Part shown: positions 11,111-18,561 of the stretch, piece by piece
Layout: every line of letters starts with the position of its first letter
Numbering within the stretch: the first letter of the stretch is position 1
Assembly (NCBI RefSeq): GCF_010671945.1
Contig: NZ_JAAHIE010000031.1
Location: 1 to 33,033 of the forward strand
Source of the DNA: Moorena sp. SIO4E2
GTDB lineage: Bacteria; Cyanobacteriota; Cyanobacteriia; Cyanobacteriales; Coleofasciculaceae
Direction of reading: 5' to 3'
DNA length: 33,033 nucleotides
Position numbers and translations under genes: made by a program
Notes under the pieces: generated by a model
Told to the model about the DNA's origin: nothing
Database searches by the model: none
What the model saw: the letters and a program-made list of their open reading frames with translations, nothing else

Positions 11111-11582
11111 TCTCGTTCAATTGCGTTGACTGGTCAGAAAAGGCTATTCAACTTGCCTGACTTCGCTGGGACTTAAGTTGTTAATAACTCAGTATCCCTT
11201 GATCCACGAAATTGTAAGCAATTATTGACCTAAAGCAGACCCAAGAACTGATGGGACTTGTTTATACCTAACTGTCTTTGATCTACTTTAGCCCTGATGC
11301 CAAACAAACGCCTGGTATGCTGTCTATATTGTCTTGCCTCGAACCTACTTCTCAGCCCACAGCACACCCAGATCATCAGTTGCTGAGGAAGCAACTGTCA
11401 TAATGTCACTATTATATAGTATATAGTATTTTGCTAAGGGTGTCTAGTTAGTTTGAGAATTAGTTTGAGAAAAATTTGCTTGCTGTATGGATTTATGTGA
11501 AATCGGGGGATTCGGAGCTCGAAGGATGCGTTCGCGTAGCGTAGCCCTTCGGGCTAATCGCATAGTCTTGAAACCAAATTAT

Positions 11583-13784
11583 TCAGTCCTCATCCCATTC
11601 CCCAGACAACAACACACAATCCCCCACCTGCAATACTCCAGCTTCATCCACCGGATTATATAGTTTCCCTTGTCTACGCAACGCCTGAACCATCACATTG
11701 TATTGATGCTGGAGATCAATTGGCTTCATACCGACCAAACTTGAATTCTCTACCAAAGTTACCCAATGCTTAGATCCCTCACTAAGGAAACTGCGACTTT
11801 CGATCCAGTCTCTAAACGCTGCTAATTCTTCCGGTTCCCCAACAACTAGCAATCGATCCCCTGAACGCAACGTCATCTTACCTTGTGGGTAGTGGACGAT
11901 ATCATTACCTTGTTGAATTGTCAAAACTGTTACCCCAGTCACGTTACGGATATCTGCTGCTGCCAGAGTTACCCAATCTAGACGGGAAGTTTGACTCAAG
12001 GTCACCCACTCACTGTGGAGTTCTTCAGCAACATCAGTGATGTCTTGCTGCTTTGAATAGGTAGCTTGTTCAGGTCGTACACTCAAATAGCGGTCTTGGT
12101 GAATCCGATTGATCACAGACTGAATCATACCTTGGGATTCTCCCAGTGCTACTAGCACATGGGCTCCCATTTCCAATGCTGCCTCAAATTCTGGTTGCAC
12201 TACTTCCCGCGCCCCTAACTGGGTGAGTAGGTCAATTTCGCTATTTTTGTGAGAACGAGCCACAATATCCAGTCCTGGGGCAAACTTGAGGGCACGTTTG
12301 AGCAACAAGCGGGTACTGCCAGGATCGGGTAGGGCAATGGCTAGGGCTTTAGCTTTTTCTAGATGGGCTTTTTCTAACACCAGTTCCGAGTGAGCATCCC
12401 CAAACATATAAGGAATTTTTTCATGTCTTAATCGTTGAATAGCAGCTTCGCTATTTTCAATCACTAGTACCTCATGCCCTTGATTGCGCAGGATGTTGAC
12501 CAGTACTCGCCCCACTCGTCCATAGCCAGCCACTACCACATGATTACAAATCGTTTCTGGAATTGACAAAGCTTTAGTGCCCCGAAACTGACGCAGGTAG
12601 TTTTTCAGAAACGGCAGATTTACCAGGTGGTCTGCTATTCGGGGAGACCATCTCAGCGACATTGGTGTCAGGACTAGGGTAATTGCTGTGGTTCCCACCA
12701 GGAGTAGATACTGATCCCTAGTGATAAATCCTAACTCAAAGCCAACCACCGCTAATACAAAGGAAAATTCTCCAATTTGATTGAGACCAAAACTAGCAAT
12801 AAAAGCAGTTTTAAAGGAATAGCCAAATTTCAGCACAATCGGTAGGATAATGGCTGCTTTTCCACCCATTACTAACATCACTAAACCGATAATTATGCCG
12901 AAGTTATCGAGCAGCACTTCTGGCTCAATGAGCATTCCTATGGATGCAAAAAATAGACATACAAACGTGTCTTTAAGGGGAATTATTTTGGCAACTGCTT
13001 GGTCAGCATAATCAATTTCAGCCATCATTAATCCTGCCACAAATGCTCCCATTTCAACGGATAGACCAAGTCCAGCAGTAATCAAAGCAATCCCTAAACA
13101 CAGGGCAATTACTGTGATGAGAAATAACTCACTGTTTTCAGTGCGGGCAATATATTTAATGAGATGGGGAACTATCCAGCGACCGGCGGCTAGAGCAGCA
13201 GCTAGAAACACCAACGCTTTGAGTAAAGCAACAACTAAAGCTGAGCCAATATCTGAGGGCTGCTGAAGGGCGGGTATGACGGCTAACATCAGACCTAAAC
13301 TAAGGTCTTGAGCAATCAAAATTGCCAGCATCACTTGACCATGAAGGGTATTGGTTTCTCCTCTCTCCATCAGGGTTTTAAGAACTACTGAGGTAGAGGA
13401 AAGGGAGATGATGAATCCGAGCATTATTCCCGGAGTAAATCCGTCAACCCAACCAAGTCCATTGGCTAAAACTGCAACTAGGGTAATAGTGAGACTAATT
13501 TGCAGTAAACTCCCTTTCAGGACAATATCTTTAAATCGTTTAAGCTGGGATAGAGAAAATTCTACCCCATAGGTGAATAACAAAAAAACAATCCCAATTT
13601 CAGCAAGGGATTTGACTTGTTCTAATTCGCCTACGAGTTTAAGACCAAACGGACCAACCAATAAACCACTGGCTAAATAGCCTAAAAGTACAGGTTGACG
13701 TAGCCGATTGGCAAGGTAGCCTCCCAGAGCAGAAGCCCCTAGAACTGTGGTTAGATCCAGAATTAAATTGTGTCCTGAGGCCAT
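11583..13784 (-). CDS. CPA2-family monovalent cation:proton antiporter (Kef-type K+ efflux/Na+-H+ exchanger) with TrkA-N NAD-binding and C-terminal TrkA-C domains
   Basis: 733 aa. About 12 predicted TM helices in the N-terminal 400 aa. A Rossmann motif (VVVAGYGRVGRVLVNILRNQGHEVLVIE) follows the membrane domain. The C-terminal region is TrkA-C-like. Confidence 0.85.
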   Translation of the reverse strand: MASGHNLILDLTTVLGASALGGYLANRLRQPVLLGYLASGLLVGPFGLKLVGELEQVKSLAEIGIVFLLFTYGVEFSLSQLKRFKDIVLKGSLLQISLTITLVAVLANGLGWVDGFTPGIMLGFIISLSSTSVVLKTLMERGETNTLHGQVMLAILIAQDLSLGLMLAVIPALQQPSDIGSALVVALLKALVFLAAALAAGRWIVPHLIKYIARTENSELFLITVIALCLGIALITAGLGLSVEMGAFVAGLMMAEIDYADQAVAKIIPLKDTFVCLFFASIGMLIEPEVLLDNFGIIIGLVMLVMGGKAAIILPIVLKFGYSFKTAFIASFGLNQIGEFSFVLAVVGFELGFITRDQYLLLVGTTAITLVLTPMSLRWSPRIADHLVNLPFLKNYLRQFRGTKALSIPETICNHVVVAGYGRVGRVLVNILRNQGHEVLVIENSEAAIQRLRHEKIPYMFGDAHSELVLEKAHLEKAKALAIALPDPGSTRLLLKRALKFAPGLDIVARSHKNSEIDLLTQLGAREVVQPEFEAALEMGAHVLVALGESQGMIQSVINRIHQDRYLSVRPEQATYSKQQDITDVAEELHSEWVTLSQTSRLDWVTLAAADIRNVTGVTVLTIQQGNDIVHYPQGKMTLRSGDRLLVVGEPEELAAFRDWIESRSFLSEGSKHWVTLVENSSLVGMKPIDLQHQYNVMVQALRRQGKLYNPVDEAGVLQVGDCVLLSGEWDED

Positions 13785-13980
13785 GATTAGGAATGGGTAA
13801 TCGGTAATTGGTCACAGGCTTCATACCTGGGGGTTTGCCCTTGTGCCCTGATTTTTTTGTAACCTACCCACTTGAACTAAGCAACTTGGGCATCAAGGAG
13901 TTGGTAAGGAAGGCTCAAAGTACTCTACCCACCTGATAATTTTTTCAGTTATCTTATGACGGTAGAGATTTCCAAGAACT

Positions 13981-14202
13981 ATGGCTTTAGAACAGTGTAA
14001 CGTTTGTGGGTCTTTAACCAGCACCAACGATGAAATTTGCCTCAGTTGTGGTTATCCAGCTAAAGGTCGGCCAAAGTTAGTTTTTTTCAAGTGGACTGCT
14101 ATCGGTGTTGCTGTAGTATTTGCTCTGTTTCTCGTACTAGGGGTCATTAACAGAGTTGAGCAACACCTCAACTCTCAACCTTCGACACATATAGACCGGT
14201 AA
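13981..14202 (+). CDS. Small zinc-ribbon membrane protein (CxxC...CxxC followed by one TM helix)
   Basis: 73 aa. CNVCGS...CLSCG zinc ribbon followed by a hydrophobic helix IGVAVVFALFLVLGVI. Confidence 0.55.
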   Translation: MALEQCNVCGSLTSTNDEICLSCGYPAKGRPKLVFFKWTAIGVAVVFALFLVLGVINRVEQHLNSQPSTHIDR

Positions 14203-14289
14203 GATAGACCGGTAAGATAGCGTTGGGTTATCAGTCTATCTGTGTCTGCTGCGCGCTGTGTCTGCTGCGCGCAGCAGATACACATGTAC

Positions 14290-14535
14290 TTAGTTAGAAG
14301 TTGGCGGACTAATCAGACCATTAGCTGCACCAAATAGATTGATGGGATTTTTGCCATCGGTAATCAAAACACTCTGGATACCAAGTGCTTCTAGAAGTCT
14401 TGCCTGCATTTCCGGACCTGCTTGTGCGATCGCTTGAATGGTTTGAGGACCAATTGCTTCTACTTTCTGTCGGTATTCTTCACTCTTAATGTGAGCCTCG
14501 CAGTCAAGTCCCGAAAAATTAGGACAAAACTGTAT
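14290..14535 (-). pseudogene. 3' fragment of a major vault protein (MVP) homolog: cap-helix end plus cap-ring. No start codon; separated from its 5' part by the tnpB element.
   Basis: Minus-strand translation reads ...[69 protein letters not shown]. Metazoan MVP has ...[50 protein letters not shown].... The frame is closed by a stop at 14536-14538. Confidence 0.8.
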
Positions 14536-14555
14536 TTAATAGTGCGAACTGGACA

Positions 14556-14584
14556 TTGACAATTTTATAGCGCTAGACTATAAT
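14556..14584 (+). promoter_or_regulatory. Consensus sigma-70-type promoter (TTGACA-17 nt-TATAAT) upstream of tnpB
   Basis: TTGACA at 14556-14561, a 17-nt spacer, TATAAT at 14579-14584. It lies about 30 nt upstream of the tnpB start. Confidence 0.6.
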
Positions 14585-14614
14585 GGCAGTATATAGCAAA
14601 AGCTGTACACACCG

Positions 14615-16102
14615 TTGATGATGCAAAAGAAAGTAGGCGCAGTAAAGAAGATATCGACTCAGGTCGTCCCAGTTGTAGGGATAGCTAAGTCGGTTGAGCT
14701 TGAGCTGTTGTCTACGATGAAAAAACTAGGCGTCGTCAGGTCTGAGTCTTACAACAAGCTGGGTAGTATAAGTCATTGGGGACTTGACTGGAAAAAAGCC
14801 TACCCAGAAGTCAGGGACTTCAGGAAGCCTGAGTCCCTGGGCTTGCCTTCCAAGTTAATGGAATGGACTGTCAGTGATGTAGCTAAAACTATCACAGCTC
14901 AACAAGCGGCTTCCATTGAGGCAGTCATAAAAAAGATCTATAAGAGGTTTCCTGGAAAGGAAAACCAGAAGATCAGAAAGGATATCTCTAAGCAACTCAA
15001 AACTTCAGCTTTTCTGGATAATCCACTATTGCACAGACTTGTAAGGAAAGAGTTTCAGAGAGGACATTCTTGGGTCAAGAATCAAGTTGTATACCAACAA
15101 GGAGGATACTCGTGTAAACGATTGTCTCGTTATACTTATCAATTGGAATTAGCTGGAATCAGAAGAGGAAAAAGAAACAAACTAATAGTTAGGTCTAATC
15201 GAAATATTAAAGGACAGATTAGACTAATATACAACTCTCTACTGGCAAGATTTGAGATTCATTTTTTGGTTAATCACGGGACAGCTGAGATTCCTCCTGA
15301 ACGTCGAGCGATAGGAGTAGACAAGGGATACACCGAGGCTTTTTATGATTCAGATGGTCAGGCACACGGGAAGAACCTGGGCAAAATAGCAACCATAAAA
15401 TCCGTTCGCGTAGCGTGGCCTTTTGGCCATCGAATATGCGCCAAAAATCGGAACAGAGGAAAACTCTGGGCAATACATAGGAAGCTAGAAAAAATAGATC
15501 CAGCTAAATCAGCTCGGATACTGAAAAATAATCTGAGTCGAAAAACAGAAAACAGTCGTTACAGAAGAGATCAATCAGAGTTGAGGGCGATTATAGGGGC
15601 TGCTTCTAAATCCCTCTTCAAAGGAGAATCTCTAAGAATTTTTGCTGAGGATTTAACGCAACCAATCAAAAATAAACGCCAGTCAAAGGCTATGTCTCGC
15701 AAGTTGAATAGCTGGATGAAAGGAGAAATGCGGTACTCCTTGCAGAAATGGGCTAATTGGACTGGTTCGGTTGTGACAGAAGTCCAGCCAAGCTACACGT
15801 CGCAAATTGACTCCTTTTCTGGCACCTTATTGGGAGCAAGGATTGGGGACAGTTTTATCAGATTTAATGGGGTCGTGTTGCAGGCTGATCACAATGCTGC
15901 GAAGAATATCCTTGCTCGTGGTACAGATCAAGGAATCTCCCGGTTTATGACTAGGGTTGAAGTGCAGGCAGTATTGTTGCGTCGTACTGCGCGTTTCTTA
16001 GAAGGTATGGATTTGACTTTAGCTGACGCGGTTAAGCTAGGATGGCTTGACCGCAAGCATGCCAAAACTCAAGCTTTTAAGGAACTCCTCACCGGGATGT
16101 GA
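14615..16102 (+). CDS. tnpB: IS200/IS605-family TnpB-like RuvC nuclease (OrfB). Divergent variant lacking the zinc-finger cysteines. First ATG at 14618.
   Basis: RuvC-I is GVDKGYTEAFYDSDG, RuvC-II is LRIFAEDL...SVVTEVQPSYTSQID, RuvC-III is LQADHNAAKNI. The four expected ZnF Cys positions read SFSG...RFNG instead. The N-terminal 230 aa have a WED/REC-like layout. Confidence 0.8.
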   Translation: MMMQKKVGAVKKISTQVVPVVGIAKSVELELLSTMKKLGVVRSESYNKLGSISHWGLDWKKAYPEVRDFRKPESLGLPSKLMEWTVSDVAKTITAQQAASIEAVIKKIYKRFPGKENQKIRKDISKQLKTSAFLDNPLLHRLVRKEFQRGHSWVKNQVVYQQGGYSCKRLSRYTYQLELAGIRRGKRNKLIVRSNRNIKGQIRLIYNSLLARFEIHFLVNHGTAEIPPERRAIGVDKGYTEAFYDSDGQAHGKNLGKIATIKSVRVAWPFGHRICAKNRNRGKLWAIHRKLEKIDPAKSARILKNNLSRKTENSRYRRDQSELRAIIGAASKSLFKGESLRIFAEDLTQPIKNKRQSKAMSRKLNSWMKGEMRYSLQKWANWTGSVVTEVQPSYTSQIDSFSGTLLGARIGDSFIRFNGVVLQADHNAAKNILARGTDQGISRFMTRVEVQAVLLRRTARFLEGMDLTLADAVKLGWLDRKHAKTQAFKELLTGM

Positions 16103-16223
16103 GGAACGTCTAGATAGATGAGCGGGAGGCTTGACTCCAATTGCTACTTGACCGCTCCTCACTCAGACATCAATAAAATGCACCTTGGCCGTTTTATTCG
16201 GTTTTATCCCGATTGATGACGGT

Positions 16224-16697
16224 TTAAGAGTATTCCTTAGCTCTTGCTTCTGCTGTTGCCTGACCTGTAGACTCAATGGCTATATTTTCTGCCTTTGACA
16301 CTCCCCGTCCTAGAAGAACGGGGAGTGTCAAATCCCCTACCAGTTTCTCGTTTGGATAAAGGGGAAACGGATCTTGCGCGAAACGAATTTCCAGATCACC
16401 GTAGCGCAGTCGAATTTGACCATGCTGATCAGCAATGGGTTGACCGTCTTCATCCCGGAGTAATGGATTAGCCACCACACAATAATATCGAGGCGGCACA
16501 ATAATCATCGGTTCAGGTTTTAAGATCAGCCGCTCGTGATCCCGAAGGGTAATGGTTTGAGGACCAACCTCCAGTCGCGTAACACCAGTATTGTTGTCTA
16601 GCACATGAATAAACTGTTGGGGCTTGATGCGAATCACTTCACTAGTTGTTCTAGGCACTTCCATTTTCTTCTCTGTTTTACGCTCAGTTGTAGTCAT
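16224..16697 (-). CDS. Major vault protein homolog, 5' portion: MVP repeats 1-2 plus a short shoulder/cap-helix-like tail. The gene is truncated/disrupted by the tnpB element.
   Basis: 157 aa. [29 protein letters not shown]...[14 protein letters not shown]...[37 protein letters not shown] compares with metazoan MVP [29 protein letters not shown]...VTVPPRHYCTVANP...[37 protein letters not shown]. The tail [17 protein letters not shown] resembles MVP AVESTGTAKAEAESRAE. Confidence 0.8.
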   Translation of the reverse strand: [157 protein letters not shown]

Positions 16698-17348
16698 AGT
16701 CTCGGTCTAATCGAACTAGATTACTAAGTTGCCTTCATCGGTCGTAAGTAGTCATACACAATGAAAGTTGACTGATCAGATAAGGGAATAGGGAACGGCG
16801 AACCGAGAACATAAAGGGGTTGAACAACGTTAAGGGTTTCAACACAGTTAACAGCATTTATGTTCAGGTATTTAGATACAGTATTGTGCCTATATAAATC
16901 CCAAGTCAGTTGTGAGCAAAATTGTTTTACCAAGGGAGCTTCGGATCAGGAAATATCAGGATTCATGTAGGATTGCTATAGTTCATGGTTTATCCCTAAA
17001 GCCTAATCAACAATCAACTATTTTGTAACCTGACAGCAAAGGAACTCGCTATAAAACTAAAGTAACCTTTCTTTTTCTGTTCTGCCAAAATAACCCAAAC
17101 TCGTTATGACTACGTTGAGTTTATGGAGTTGGGAGCAATTTCATCAAACCCCTGGGATAGGAGATGTGATTGCTGATCGGAACATTAACGATGAGGTATG
17201 AGGCCACCTTATATTAGGCTTGATAGCATTAAGTACTAACAACTATTAACCATTAATCATTAACCCAACCTCTAAAAATACTAATATTTTTTTTTAGGAT
17301 ATAATCAGGATGATTACTATCTAATATTAAACAAATAAGGGGCATACT

Positions 17349-18218
17349 ATGAATCGTGATGACTTCCTAAAACGCTACGAAGCCGGTGAAAGAGATTTTT
17401 CTGGTATTAATTTGAAAAAGGCTAACTTAAAAAGTACTAATTTCAAGGGTGTTTGTCTAAAAAATGCGGACTTGAGTAATGCTGATTTAGAGGAAGCTAC
17501 TTGGGATGATGTAGATCTAAGTCATGCTAACTTGAGGAATGCTTACCTATACGAAACCACTATCGAAAATTCTAACCTTACTAAGGCTAACTTGAGTCAT
17601 ATAGTAGCCTCTGAATCAACCTTGGAAAACTGTGATTTTAGTGGTACTGATCTGAGTTATGCGGATTTATCTGTAATCTATATAGCTACTAGTAAGCTCA
17701 GGGATGCCAATTTTAGTTATGCTACCTTATGTGAGGTTTACGTAGGTGATTCTGACCTGAGCAATGCTAACCTCAGTTATGCCCGTATGCTAGGGGTTGA
17801 TGGCTGGAAAAAAGCTGACCTGAGTAGTATAAATTTTACCAAAGCTATCTATACGTCATACACTGAGTTTCCGACTGGATTTAACCCATCAAAAGCCGGA
17901 GCAATCTTTATTTGTGCCGAGGCTGACTTAAGCGGTTTAGACTTGAAAAATGTCAACCTAGGTTATGAAGAACTGTGTGGCGCTAACCTTAGTCATGCTA
18001 ATTTGAGTGGTGCAAGACTGTATAATACTGACTTGAGAGCCGCCAACCTAAGTTATGCCAATTTAGAAGGTGTTGACTTTCATGATGCTGATTTGAGTGA
18101 GGCTAATTTCAGCCATGCTAATCTTAAAAAGGCTAAATTAGCTAAGGCTGACTTAAATGATGCTATTTTCTGTAACACTATTATGCCTAATGGCAGGATT
18201 AAAAATAATAATTGTTAG
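17349..18218 (+). CDS. Pentapeptide-repeat protein
   Basis: 289 aa, dominated by A(N/D)L(S/K)xA(N/D)L pentapeptide repeats (ANLKSTNFKGVCLKNADLSNADLEEA...). AAGGGG SD-like sequence upstream. Confidence 0.85.
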   Translation: MNRDDFLKRYEAGERDFSGINLKKANLKSTNFKGVCLKNADLSNADLEEATWDDVDLSHANLRNAYLYETTIENSNLTKANLSHIVASESTLENCDFSGTDLSYADLSVIYIATSKLRDANFSYATLCEVYVGDSDLSNANLSYARMLGVDGWKKADLSSINFTKAIYTSYTEFPTGFNPSKAGAIFICAEADLSGLDLKNVNLGYEELCGANLSHANLSGARLYNTDLRAANLSYANLEGVDFHDADLSEANFSHANLKKAKLAKADLNDAIFCNTIMPNGRIKNNNC

Positions 18219-18409
18219 CTAGATCAATCCAGCTCAGTGAGAAGATAATTATTGGTAATGGGTAATGGCTAATTTTGATTACTCCCGTACCATTGGCTTT
18301 CCTTATCAAAGCAGTGATTTTCTTTTCCTTAGACCATTCTTTGAGGCGTTGCTTAATAATGGAATGATTTGAATAGTTTTGTGGAATGGGCATCTTGCCC
18401 GTTCCTGAC

Positions 18410-18454
18410 GGTGCGACCCGTGGCGAATTTAATTCTTAATGGGTCAAGCGCACC
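18410..18454. repeat. Miniature palindromic dispersed repeat with GGTGCGAC...GCGCACC termini (family copy 1)
   Basis: GGTGCGACCCGTGGCGAATTTAATTCTTAATGGGTCAAGCGCACC. The same 32-nt core occurs inverted at 22471-22507. A related copy is at 32786-32831. Confidence 0.75.
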
Positions 18455-18561
18455 GGATCTTTTTGGGCAGGCAGGATGTCCACCCCACTCATATTCATTG
18501 ATTGATTCAGCAACGCCACATTTTTAGCCAATCATACCTTAATTCAGCAACGCCAAATTTC

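Larger units (their letters stand above)
14500..16223 (+). mobile_element. tnpB-only (IS1341-like) IS200/IS605-family element inserted into the MVP-like gene. Ends are approximate.
   Basis: Bounded by the two MVP gene fragments: homology stops near 14499 on the left and at the N-fragment stop codon 16224 on the right. Contains a promoter and tnpB. A 3' untranslated segment 16103-16223 with local inverted repeats is a candidate right end/omega-RNA scaffold. Confidence 0.55.

Noticed and set aside
16724-16933. 69-aa minus ORF upstream of the MVP 5' fragment
   Set aside because: AT-rich promoter-like region. The ORF is short with atypical composition. It is probably non-coding upstream sequence of the MVP-like gene.
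17106-17201. 31-aa ORF (MTTLSLWSWEQFHQTPGIGDVIADRNINDEV) upstream of the pentapeptide-repeat gene
   Set aside because: No SD, no recognizable leader/core peptide features, and no adjacent modification enzymes. It cannot be supported as a real gene from sequence alone.
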